DNA of 64,000 nucleotides from Patescibacteria group bacterium. Its GTDB lineage: Bacteria; Patescibacteriota; Patescibacteriia; Magasanikbacterales; UBA922. Below, in pieces: positions 29,401-34,522 of this stretch. Made by a program: the position numbers and the translations under genes. Location: positions 82,059 through 146,058 of the forward strand of contig JBAZIZ010000002.1 in NCBI GenBank assembly GCA_041651535.1, given 5' to 3'. Position 1 is the first letter of the stretch. Every line of letters starts with the position of its first letter. Under the pieces are notes generated by a model, which searched no databases, was not told where the DNA came from, and saw nothing but the letters and a program-made list of their open reading frames with translations.

Positions 29401-31474
29401 TCCTATCATTATCATCTATTCGTAAATAATAACTAGCATATGATTTATTTAAAACAAAATTATTGAAAGTGACTGAATTTCCAGTAGTTGCTACTACATT
29501 GATATTCTGATCAACAGTAGATCCCGCAAAATGCACTGTTCCACTTCCTCCATCAAAAACACCACCAGTATGCGTGAAATTATGATAAAAATAGGCGTTG
29601 CCCTCTGAAGAATAAAAAGTCCCACCAGATAAAGTAAAAACATTACTAAAATAAATATTACCTTCAGGGGCATTGAATATTCCACCAGACAAAGTAAAAG
29701 TAGAAGCAAAAGTGATATTTCCTAAGCCAAAAGTAGAAATACCGTTTGAATGAGTATAAGTACTACCAAAATACCAATTTGTATTGGTAGTAGTCAGGTT
29801 TCCGCCTGATTGTAGTGAAGGACCACTCATCTGAAGTTGTCCACCTTGTCCGATATAGTGAGTATTTCCTGATATTGTCTCAAAAGTATAAGCATAGGCA
29901 GCCGCTTCTGGACCATAAACTGTGGTAGATACTCCAGAAAAAATCAATCGTGGTATATAAGTAGCACTGGCAATATTGACTGTTTGTGGTCCTGTACCAG
30001 CAATATTTAATCTAAAACTATTTCTTCCATAAGAATAATTATGGGTTGATTCTATCACCACATCACCTCTAGCTTCTAAATTTGAATTAGCATCACCACC
30101 ATATAAATAACCTCTTCTTAAAGTAGTAGTGCCATTAACTATCAGTTTGTCAGCCGAAGAAATTGTTAAATAATAACTAGTATCATTTTGATTTAAAATA
30201 AAATTATTGAATGTAACAGTATTTCCGCTAGAAGCTGCAATATTAAAAGTTGTATTAATTCCTCTAAAATGTGCAGTTCCAATTCCTCCATCAAAGATAC
30301 CTCCAGTGTGAGTAAAATTACTATCAAAATATGTATTTGTCTCAGAAGCGGTAAATGTTCCTCCAGATAAAGTAAAAGTAGAATAAAAAATAACATTTCC
30401 CACACCAAAAGTAGAAGTTCCATTGGAGTGAGTATAAGAACTACCAAAATACCAATTAGTATTCGTAGTTGTCAGATTGCCCCCAGACTGAAGTGATGGA
30501 CCACTCATCTGCAACTGTCCACCTTGTCCAATATAGTGAGTATTTCCTGATATTGTCTCAAAAGTATAAGCATAGGCAGCCGCTTCTGGACCATAAACTG
30601 TGGTAGATACTCCAGAAAAAATCAATCGTGGTATATAAGTAGCACTGGCAATATTGACTGTTTGTGGTCCTGTACCAGCAATATTTAATCTAAAACTATT
30701 TCTTCCATAAGAATAATTATGGGTTGATTCTATCACCACATCACCTCTAGCTTCTAAATTTGAATTAGCATCACCACCATATAAATAACCTCTTCTTAAA
30801 GTAGTAGTGCCATTAACTATCAGTTTGTCAGCCGAAGAAATTGTTAAATAATAACTAGTATCATTTTGATTTAAAATAAAATTATTGAATGTAACAGTAT
30901 TTCCGCTAGAAGCTGCAATATTAAAAGTTGTATTAATTCCTCTAAAATGTGCAGTTCCAATTCCTCCATCAAAGATACCTCCAGTGTGAGTAAAATTACT
31001 ATCAAAATATGTTGTTCCTTGTGAAGCATTGAAAGTACCACCAGATAAAGTAAAAGTAGAAGCAAAAGAAATATTTCCTAAACCACCATTGAAAACACCG
31101 TTTGATTGGGAAAAAGTACCACTAAGAGAAAAAGTATAACCGCTTTCACGAGTAATAGTTCCAGTGTAACCAGAAGAAATTGTAAAACTATTTAAATTGA
31201 CATTGGCATCTATAGAACAATCAGCTGTAGCTGTACCATTAAAAACAACAAGATCGCCAGTTCCAGGAGTACCTACAGGAGACCAGTTATTACTATTTGT
31301 CCAGAGTCCATCTCCTCCACTGTTTGTCCAAGTGTAAGTTGTGCCCGCAGCAAAAGATTGCCAAGTTACAAAAGCACCAATAAATACTAAAAACAAAAAA
31401 AATGTCCAAGGGTGTTTGGAAAAAAAGCTTAATGATTTTGTTAAGTTTTTCAATGAAAAACGTTTCTTTTTCAT
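14480..31474 (-). CDS. Giant (5664 aa) cell-surface protein: signal peptide, 4-5 tandem ~226-229-aa Gly/Thr/Asn-rich beta-repeats, two LamG/concanavalin-like lectin domains, ~5 large FN3/Ig-like repeat modules, CarbopepD_reg-like domain, C-terminal TM anchor
   Basis: Uninterrupted 17-kb ORF; N-term MKKKRF...FLFLVFIGAFVTWQSFA; LamG-like 'LIAYWSMDEGNGTTVYDQSGNGMNGV...NWHHMVGTYDG' twice; repeated 'TAPSxV/L...W.D.S..E.GF.IE' FN3-like units; C-term WKKYLDWKTVLPIAFSLFLLYYY. Confidence 0.85.
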   Translation of the reverse strand: MKKKRFSLKNLTKSLSFFSKHPWTFFLFLVFIGAFVTWQSFAAGTTYTWTNSGGDGLWTNSNNWSPVGTPGTGDLVVFNGTATADCSIDANVNLNSFTISSGYTGTITRESGYTFSLSGTFSQSNGVFNGGLGNISFASTFTLSGGTFNASQGTTYFDSNFTHTGGIFDGGIGTAHFRGINTTFNIAASSGNTVTFNNFILNQNDTSYYLTISSADKLIVNGTTTLRRGYLYGGDANSNLEARGDVVIESTHNYSYGRNSFRLNIAGTGPQTVNIASATYIPRLIFSGVSTTVYGPEAAAYAYTFETISGNTHYIGQGGQLQMSGPSLQSGGNLTTTNTNWYFGSSYTHSNGTSTFGVGNVIFYSTFTLSGGTFTASETNTYFDSNFTHTGGIFDGGIGTAHFRGINTTFNIAASSGNTVTFNNFILNQNDTSYYLTISSADKLIVNGTTTLRRGYLYGGDANSNLEARGDVVIESTHNYSYGRNSFRLNIAGTGPQTVNIASATYIPRLIFSGVSTTVYGPEAAAYAYTFETISGNTHYIGQGGQLQMSGPSLQSGGNLTTTNTNWYFGSTYTHSNGISTFGLGNITFASTFTLSGGIFNAPEGNIYFSNVFTLSGGTFYSSEGNAYFYHNFTHTGGVFDGGSGTVHFAGSTVDQNINVVATTGNSVTFNNFVLNKSYASYYLRIDDNDRIVVTGTTTLKNVGWLYGGNTYSALEARGDVVVESTYITPSARNTVQLLLAGTGSQTLSIAGGTYLPRLVFAGASTTVYGPSATTYAYTIETTAGNTHYIGQGGQLQFSTASFQSGGNLSTTNTNWNFAGSYTHSNGTATFGSHNLYFNSLFTLSGGIFNAPQGNAYFYNNFTHTGGVFGGGSGTVHFVGSTVDQNINVVATTGNSVTFNNFVLNKSYAGYHLRIDDNDRIVVTGTTTLKNIGWLYGGNTYSALEARGDVVVESTYITPSARNIVQLLLAGTGSQTLSIAGGTYLPRLVFAGASTTVYGPSATTYAYTIETTAGNTHYIGQGGQLQFSTASFQSGGNLSTTNTNWNFAGSYTHSNGTATFGSHNLYFNSLFTLSGGIFNAPQGNAYFYNNFTHTGGIFDPGIGTVDFRGSSYTTLDVVSSINFYNFKLNKSSNSYYLQIAGSDTVNIYGDTLISKGYIYGDNTVSNLNLRGNLEITDGFIQPLITFSGDNEQNINLNTVVSSLDGEIRINKTGGSLLLLSDLTMDNSKNLLLNSGTFDLSDKSLRVTGSGSTFIVANDARLRLMSGATYSFNTGYPQFANNSIVEYYRTNTGTYNILSASSVGNMIINGIEGSIFRLNNSSLTVNGYLQINEDGTLFLNSNTLILSSPTNFFNEGTLDVAGNEYTNLVNDTDSGTVSYVGNNDGLATFYDTLFPYYYNLKINFTDGDDIFNTVGDMNDNLIAYWSMDEGNGTTVYDQSGNGMNGVFGTGGSAPTWTSGKSGSAVSFDGSDFVNFGASNYFCTANFSVEFWMKAGTQANDYPTLIEKFGPDYGLAGWAIGLKEKTAKTITYTVGDNSGGWGVGYYSLIKGVVTDNNWHHMVGTYDGRYMSLYIDGVLAGSYTWSKYTCASSNLYFGYSAYSSARAYKGVLDEVKIYNKAIKAEDVKKLAGNLKSGLLSYWNMDEGSGNTINDLSGNGRHGTLGAGSLAPTWVAGKNNFGLSFDGVDDYVSASHGELDKTFSVSAWINYSNLSNTQVPIAGGSVYDYFFSNIGGTLYNSLRDASSNQITCNTNLTTGWHHYTSTINVTGSNVDWKIYRDGILVEQCLSSTGLTPFSLTRLGSRIDGQYYFSGILDDVAFYYRVLPVSEISDLVSVNPLYEATDSFSIYNNLEGSNGNFIAPSTTLYVGGNILMLSPGIFDANSGLVILNGEVQTIGGFIVFNDLTKTVTSSQILYVTAGSDIKIEGSANLSGIPNNLLSLHSTVSGTQANIDFAGARAVEFLDVKDIVNFNSSAVLCINGCVDSGNNINFTFVTAPPHYEVRKSGASSASVTAGEDLVISIFLIDEFGSVSSTYNGNYDIIFYGANNSPYSDRPTAKDIFENNRNFGSTTTLNFINGEATTTLKLYKNETVQIDVSGNNFNTSGSNDYALIVTVGSQILNEFILSSSANVISGIPFTIDSISKDAFGNITNYVNSDTQVSVTSTVDTFASISPTIVSSSEFTDDGLAETYFTINNVTNLETLRIDYYNDYDGNITTSSVFLSAVGIPTAPSGVAASYFALNSFRITWSDTSGGVASGFVVERDTDTGSGFGNNWVAIATTTQATNSFIDNVANNIIDPPQSNERYKYRVRSFNSVGYSVSYGSDPVAHYTVPGTPSNLLATYNSSPLKFDLTFTDNSAVSDYFSLDRCVGISCASNIFSSVSSSLYGTSTLDTSLSGNSRYRYRVKAIVPPDAPATEIINVSSTFAYSAYEYTAPATPSDLKFYQVSSNQWFLSWKDNSTYENGFEIQVSYDGGSNFEPVISGATVGQNVKTYLFSSPTSQNDLQFKVRAYISATDNNSELYSGDSAGSQVLSTDFHYEIKGNSSQIAGNSQTISIILKDLNGNTSTFWSGDKELFFSGASSSVNGIVPTCSDKNNSPIVFGNTTTITFTNGVASCNLILYRAENAVLEVTDNFYSTNADNSYSLGVTVVGNSLNRFLIDAPATINYNSSTMITVYALDTYYNNTLSVSGNTNLSLYVNSVLTGTINPAIISATNFTDDGIWAGNITVTDIYENPTVVITAVNGSANGSDSFLFNGRPNTPGSVAVSYISDNEFEITWQDRSTIETGYLVQKKTDTGSGLPGTWVTIATLSTNTQSFVDNATNNPLDAPQADRRYMYQIIASGSIVSSYGASDNLIHYTTPDYPTNFYATYVNDNRFNLYFTDNANVINTHVFSRCDSAGCDSSTFNFLGKSSSSPYADTASLLANNRYKYVSHSETPSPESLISSDVYSAYEFTSPAAPSAFYASEATSNTISFVWTDNALYESGYLLEYAVASSSVFTPIYNNGITTVGADMTGFSFASSTPDNAYRFKMRSAISATVRNGALYSSYVGGTEYVYTQPNKPINQAAIFSTSTVISLSWDDDSNYEDGFRIEVSINGGGWSEITTSTNTVGANITTYDLVDVDLNNDYQFRVRSHIAGNTFAPEVFSEYTEVFSPQSYHFEFSPLNDITTTAGTTTTVTLALKDSGGNIVSDYNGEKNVYFSGASSSITGVEPTVINFNGEQIDFGSITSINFINGEAEINMFLPAVGSYNIDADTLAYSTAENNSYQLRVSVDPASVDSFTISSQQSTVTSTIPFTLSVTAFDEYLNTTTAVLGNTYISSSIGDISPVGIAEADFTDDGIWEGSVTLSNINDRNTVYLYVNNGSANGEIYLTVIGIPNKPSGVASSLNSDEEGSYFSIGWSDNSVVETGYEIQKCVLASSGASCAEGDWSLATTTSANIHNTRDYSVSLDSKIKYRVRGFNSIGYSDWATEVNYHFTKPDAPINVYAKRISSSQFSVYYTSQTGITNEHRIFRSDYYFTSNESNSFYSVSSPYSDTYQITTNNRFLYNVKAKTSDGIYSDDSYSIYEYTTPVAPSSVISAIVNETQVQISWVDNSLFESGFRIEESINSGSWNEIDSGNDQTGQNIRTYLHTVSSTSSNTYKYRVRAHIGETANNSELFSSYSNEAIAEISDLHFEIYAPATTTAGVVTALQIALRDVNGNNASYFTGNRILKFISDGTQPTLYCSDKDGNNIMFGENTTVSFINGAATCSTTLYNAVTTTIDVYDDSFSSTSSPAYDLDLKVEPNVARKFSVSAPTQAVSTVPSTVRLIAQDFWNNTTTLIFNTTTVSVSTGSVSPLQILDSSFENGIATISLVISSIIERPAVNVEFRGFDSYSSTTIYGNAYITVLGVPNAPTSVSSVRNSNESITLSWSDNSTIESGYAIERQVDEGSGFGSWIFVAQVNTNIHSYTDYSTVANRRYKYRVRTIGSFANSDYAEDPINSLGGIYTTPTAPTFISPVRYSDNRFDITFVDNALVTNYFDLKRCDGAACSTNSFSAITTTPILLIPSQTVTGTINYTDNLNIDVNNRYRYAFTVKPPASSGSTVSAVAYSNYEYTKPAAPSGVNAIKTEENIIYIYWDDNSSYEDGFRIEYSDDSAEHFTEVTPGTNTVGANVESYNFTIPSTTLTYLFRIKSHVPATASNVELLSDFDQTQTSETHLVVTGSNTQNVGESQTITLTIRDGENNIITDYDGDKSIILTGPSNSLTGVQATCTNKSGNPVNIGLITTINFVDGVGQCNFTPYRAETVLLRATDGLHTSYTHPSYNLNLTAVAGTLNNFLVAIPATSSIDLAFETIIYARDIYNNITKQVSGNTSLTASVGSLSVNSIAQSDFTDDGIWYGNLSINNLYDLNNVILTAQNSGASGYDSIEIIAAPNLPLNVLASYISDNQINISWTDNSSAEDYYVVEKRSDTTGSGFGSWTTLATTSPNAVILSDINTAGNKRYEYRVYSGNIYGNSDYVYSNVVYTSLPAPVITTSTVLSANSMVWDWTSSALFSTEFRLHFTSSNHLDYININSSSDSFTVNDLTPNTGYQIVLYTWRSDRGYSPASNTSTLLYTFAALPTDIQVSTNTDETLTLNWNQNSNPSSTEYKVKNITTGDESEWITNNSWTDNNLDCETSYDYIIKARNHDNVETDWTVTSTLETGLCVMPSIPNSFSAEYISDSQIDLSWLSTDIYSKSFVIEKRVNYGSGFNSWSVLATTTNANSSLSDTVVSVNSAYEYRIRGVNKIGESENLASAVIYTGLLAPTINTPSAILDNSITFNWINNSNFAEEFVLEFVEGEHEDIENINVTNTSFIVEDLLPNTIYSVKVYAANSSRGRSEASATSTAVYTLAEIPDLITATSTTQNSMTLNWSAGDNPSGTEYYIEEINSTTTNSGWTTTTVWNISNLSCGVNYSFRIKTRNFENVESGWSANNSFSTESCPSFGGDGSSSFNYVRPSTDNLGIKINNGALYTNNKNVQLNLSAGNDVSDMAIANDISFDQIPQESFAEVKDWILSGGDGLKKVYVRFFGRVGGLSSETYFNSIILDTTPPSISFTDYKSSYSIHEKIKISGLTEANSLIFVKIDGAGEKQISADNEGKWNLDLNYLPFGKYSLIVKAKDQAQNLGKENSLIVNVDNENIINDEEKENEEDFIEEEKNTEETDLWLKAKELGVEILGEITDLPLIKDIVDKISDWLKEPETETVNIPLVDAVPQITPIAFEIRWNLFPVKKFILAPLPNEVRLLAEKFPEFSTTLTETGVARMTDMIKMKNINFVLPSLSSTILNRVAEINIPVISSTGSVKYGDIKITNLENSSSSFNIDLDPSKLDTGEFFSYSLPLAKLSEEEKKQIPTEIMFVKNALADLDLNTKVAINENGRPIQKINTISGTTVELIVKPQAKVNSVKGYVVYKNSGIVQAKSAVTAGSNLNKILSDIFAGEAVFAETAEKEIPVEERLVLKEFEYTDPDSDGIYTAFVDIPVKDGEYEIITVFDYIDSELGRKQIRLLTVVDPEGYVYEKVGEKEMRVKGSVVSLYRKNETSGEFELWNATKYQQINPQTVGVTGDYSFLVTPGEYYLEAKAKGYKNYRGEYFTVDINDAIFENIQLYPAATWKKYLDWKTVLPIAFSLFLLYYYNHKNKKIKT
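28190..31150. repeat. Intragenic tandem direct repeats: two perfect 678-bp units (~29790-31145) and two near-perfect 687-bp units (~28190-29563), plus a diverged fifth unit
   Basis: Identical strings recur with periods of 678 bp ('ccactcatct' at 29823 and 30501) and 687 bp ('gtatgagtga' at 28194 and 28881; 'gtatgcgtga' at 29568); mirrored as identical 226-aa protein repeats. Confidence 0.85.
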
Positions 31475-31711
31475 TTTAAATTATTTTTGTTTTTTACAAG
31501 TAAATTATAACATTTTTTTGATTTATTGCCAAACTTTTTTTACTATTTACTTGTTGATAAACCAAGCAAAAATTAATTTTAAAAAAATATTCAAAAAAAT
31601 TTACTTTTTCTTTTAATTTTTATGTTTATTTTTTTGTTTTTGTTTCCCTTCCCTACTGGAAGGTGGGGTTATTTTAAATTCAACAATTAAAAGAATTAGA
31701 AACATTTAAGA

Positions 31712-31917
31712 GATTTCTTCAACCCGATTAAATCGGGATTACGAAATTACAAAAGATTATGTTAGTATTTTTTAAATCATTTTTTTAATAAAATTATCCA
31801 AATAAATAAAAACGTTTTAAAAATAATTGCACTCTCACTTTGTCATATCGTAGCCCCGACGAAACGTCGGGATGGAGACGAAGAATCGCTTAAACAATGA
31901 ATTATTAATTATTTTAA
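31712..31917. repeat. MITE-like structured repeat unit A (imperfect inverted halves each carrying a GC hairpin: CCCGAT-taa-ATCGGG / CCCCGACG-aaa-CGTCGGG)
   Basis: Left half 'GATTTCTTCAACCCGATTAAATCGGGATTACGAAATTACAAAAG' and right half 'ACTTTGTCATATCGTAGCCCCGACGAAACGTCGGGATGGAGACGAAGAATC' are reverse-complement-related; same architecture recurs in units B and C. Confidence 0.65.
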
Positions 31918-31998
31918 ATACAAAAGTTAATAACTATTTAAAATTTTATTTTTATTTTATCTTATATTGCTAAAATATAATTATTATAAAATTTTTTT

Positions 31999-32301
31999 AT
32001 GAAAAAAATTTACAGATTTTTTATTTATATCTTAGCTAGTGATTCAGGAACACTTTATGTTGGTTTGACTAATAATATATATAGAAGAATAGAAGAACAT
32101 AAAACTAAAGCAAATAAAAAAAGTTTTTCTAAAAAATATAATTGTTATAAATTAGTTTATTTTGAAGAACATAAGTATGTAAATAACGCAATAAATAGAG
32201 AGAAAGAGATAAAAGACTGGAACAGAAAGAAAAAAGAAGAACTTACCAAAAAATTTAACCCACATTGGATTGATTTATACGATAAAATAGATTTAATTTA
32301 G
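31999..32301 (+). CDS. GIY-YIG nuclease superfamily protein (YhbQ/UPF0213-like, 100 aa)
   Basis: 'YRFFIYILASDSGTLYVGLTNNIYRRIEEHKTK...YKLVYFEEH...AINREKEIKDW' matches the GIY-(10-11)-YVG, R, E and N motifs of small GIY-YIG proteins. Confidence 0.75.
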   Translation: MKKIYRFFIYILASDSGTLYVGLTNNIYRRIEEHKTKANKKSFSKKYNCYKLVYFEEHKYVNNAINREKEIKDWNRKKKEELTKKFNPHWIDLYDKIDLI

Positions 32302-32317
32302 TTAAAGATTGTTTAAG

Positions 32318-32515
32318 GGATTTCTTCGTCCCGATTAAATCGGGACTACGAAATGACAAAATGTATGGGAAGTTTTTTAAAGACGTTTAAAGATAATTGA
32401 ATAAAGAAATTAAATAGACAAACTAAAAAACAATCACACTCTAACTTTGTCATATCGTAGCCCCGACGAAACGTCGGGATGGAGACGAAGGATCCCTTAG
32501 ACAATGAATTATCAC
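32318..32515. repeat. MITE-like structured repeat unit B (near-identical to unit A)
   Basis: 'GGGATTTCTTCGTCCCGATTAAATCGGGACTACGAAATGACAAAATG' ... 'ACTTTGTCATATCGTAGCCCCGACGAAACGTCGGGATGGAGACGAAGGATCCC'. Confidence 0.65.
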
Positions 32516-32557
32516 TAAACACTTTTAATTCAATAATAAGTGGATTAAAAAAGTTTA

Positions 32558-32820
32558 ACCTGCCTGCCGGTAGGCAGGGGGATTCTTCGCCCCCGACGTC
32601 ACGTCGGAGGACTCAGAATGACAAAAAAGTAAGTTTTGACTATTTTAATTTGTTAATTTTTTAGTGTTTAATTTTTGTTTTAAATTTATTTTTAAAATAA
32701 AAAAACATCCTGATAAGTTTAAACAGACTGAAAAACAAACATCCATTCACTTTTGTCATCCCGAACCCCGACTTAACGTCGGGGGGATCCCTTAAATAGT
32801 GAATTATTAATTATTTTAAA
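32558..32820. repeat. MITE-like structured repeat unit C (diverged copy; extra GC hairpin CCTGCC-tgccggta-GGCAGG at its start)
   Basis: 'GGGGGATTCTTCGCCCCCGACGTCACGTCGGAGGACTCAGAATGACAAAAAAG' ... 'CACTTTTGTCATCCCGAACCCCGACTTAACGTCGGGGGGATCCC'; tail 'GAATTATTAATTATTTTAAA' shared with unit A. Confidence 0.6.
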
Positions 32821-32835
32821 ACAATAATCAACAAA

Positions 32836-32860
32836 CTAAAAACAGCTTTTAAGCTGTTTA
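32836..32860 (-). terminator. Rho-independent terminator (AACAGCTT-aa-AAGCTGTT + U-run) ending the rseP-pheST-hypotheticals operon
   Basis: Perfect palindrome followed by TTTTTAG on the minus strand, 25 nt after the stop of CDS 32885-33271. Confidence 0.55.
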
Positions 32861-32884
32861 AAATCTTAATTCTAAAATTTTAAA

Positions 32885-33271
32885 TTATTCCTCTGTACTA
32901 AACGGTCCCATGTTTAAAATTTTATTTTTTTTAGCACTGTATAAAACAGCTTTACCTGCTTCTTTATAAATCAAAAGGTAATCACCATTTTCAGCTCCCG
33001 CAAAAAAAGCTTGCTTCAAAGCTGGTTGATTAATATCCGAAATTCGACTAATTATTGGAACTTCTTCTGGGGCATCAAAAAGTTTACTGATCTTTTTTAA
33101 GACATCGTCAGATTCTTCTTTGTTTTCATTTTCAATCTGTTCTTTATTTTGTTCTTTATTTTTTTCAATATTTTCTTCTTGTTCATTGTTATCAAAATAA
33201 AAAAATATTGCGCTTCCAATTAAAAAAGTCACAATTATAATTATTAAAATCATATATTTTTTTTTATTCAT
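32885..33271 (-). CDS. Hypothetical membrane-anchored protein (128 aa)
   Basis: N-terminal TM ILIIIIVTFLIGSAIFFYF, charged Glu/Lys-rich linker, globular C-terminus. Confidence 0.45.
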   Translation of the reverse strand: MNKKKYMILIIIIVTFLIGSAIFFYFDNNEQEENIEKNKEQNKEQIENENKEESDDVLKKISKLFDAPEEVPIISRISDINQPALKQAFFAGAENGDYLLIYKEAGKAVLYSAKKNKILNMGPFSTEE

Positions 33272-33274
33272 AAA

Positions 33275-34012
33275 TTATTCATTATAGTTTAATTTTTTAT
33301 TTTTTAAAACACGGGGATTTTCTTTTATATTTTCTATTATAAATTTTAAAATTTCTTCTGCCTCATCTTCGGGAATATTATTGATTTTAAACCAAAAATC
33401 ATAAGCTGAATCAAAGTCATGTTGTCTAGCATTAAAATCAAATTTAAAAGGAAATTTATTTTCAAAATTTTTCTTTAAAATATCAACTGTTGGTTTATTT
33501 TCAAAAAAATCATAATTCCAAAGTTCTTCAACAATCATTGCAAATTCATTTTCATTAAAATCAGACTTTAAAATTTGTAATTCTATGTAATCGCCATAAC
33601 CGCCATGTTTCCAAAAATCAAAATCAGTATACTGTACTCCCACAAATTTTTTATTTATTTTAACTTCTTCAAAAATTTTTTTTATTAATTCTTCTTTATC
33701 AAATTTAAAAAAATCAATCTGATATTTTTCATTTTCCTTAACCTTATTTTCTGCTTTCTCTTTCAATTCTTTGTATTCTTTTAATAAAGAATCGTAAATC
33801 TCATAGATCTGATAATATTTATCATCATTTTCAAAATCCATTTTATTCAATTTTTCATAAAGTTCTGTCGCTTTTTCTCTTATTTTTGATTTTTCAAAAA
33901 AATAAAAAATATTTTTATCTTTTGAAGACCAAGTGATTATTTCTGAACACAAATCAATAACTTCTTTTTCTTTATTTCCTAAATACTCTGGCGGTTTTTT
34001 AAAAACTTCCAT
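33275..34012 (-). CDS. Hypothetical protein (245 aa, acidic, Phe/Asp/Glu-rich)
   Basis: Clean ORF with 3-nt spacing to neighbours; no recognisable motif. Confidence 0.45.
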   Translation of the reverse strand: MEVFKKPPEYLGNKEKEVIDLCSEIITWSSKDKNIFYFFEKSKIREKATELYEKLNKMDFENDDKYYQIYEIYDSLLKEYKELKEKAENKVKENEKYQIDFFKFDKEELIKKIFEEVKINKKFVGVQYTDFDFWKHGGYGDYIELQILKSDFNENEFAMIVEELWNYDFFENKPTVDILKKNFENKFPFKFDFNARQHDFDSAYDFWFKINNIPEDEAEEILKFIIENIKENPRVLKNKKLNYNE

Positions 34013-34040
34013 ACAAACTTATTTTATTTATTCTTTCTTT

Positions 34041-34367
34041 TTATTTTTTATTTTTCTTTTTATCTTTTTTATCGAGTGAAATATCAGAAAAAGAATCTGT
34101 AATTTTATTTATAATAAATTTTTCCACTAAACTACTGATCATACCACTAACTGAATTTACTGAATCAGTCAAATGTTCTACTCGCTTACGTACAAATTCA
34201 ATCGCGTCAACAATTAATTCTAATTTATAAGCTAAACTTTCCACAATAGAATTAAAATTTCGAAGCAAAACTATAGCACGATATAAAAACCATGATAAAA
34301 AAATAGCTACTCCAAAAATTGAAACAGATAAAACTAAATATAAAATATCCGCACTAGTAGAAAACAT
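34041..34367 (-). CDS. Small membrane protein, DUF948-like architecture (N-terminal TM + coiled coil + Lys-rich tail)
   Basis: 108 aa; TM ILYLVLSVSIFGVAIFLSWFL; weak resemblance to Firmicutes YtxG/DUF948-type proteins. Confidence 0.35.
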   Translation of the reverse strand: MFSTSADILYLVLSVSIFGVAIFLSWFLYRAIVLLRNFNSIVESLAYKLELIVDAIEFVRKRVEHLTDSVNSVSGMISSLVEKFIINKITDSFSDISLDKKDKKKNKK

Positions 34368-34522
34368 ATAAATACAATTAAAAATAAATTTTTAATAAGA
34401 TATTTTTATTATAGCAGAAAAAAAGAAAAATTAAAAATAATTCTTAGAACACCAAGGGGTCCGGGGTAAATACTTGTTTTGTTTATTTTCCCTCCCCTAT
34501 TAGGGGGAGAAAAATTAAAATT

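Noticed and set aside
28807-31616. Short plus/minus-strand ORFs inside the giant gene (28807-29022, 29494-29709, 30193-30447, 30871-31065) and ORF 31341-31616 overlapping its start
   Set aside because: They lie antisense or out of frame within a 17-kb coding region and merely echo its DNA repeats; their Leu/Ile-rich composition is typical of AT-rich non-coding frames.
32479-32664. 61-aa ORF spanning MITE-like units B/C
   Set aside because: Falls entirely within hairpin repeat sequence; the Arg/Pro-rich translation of GC hairpins is an artefact.
31621-32830. CRISPR array (repeats with GC hairpins in AT-rich spacers)
   Set aside because: Units are ~200 bp inverted-repeat structures with variable spacing, not 25-40-bp direct repeats with unique spacers; no cas genes nearby.
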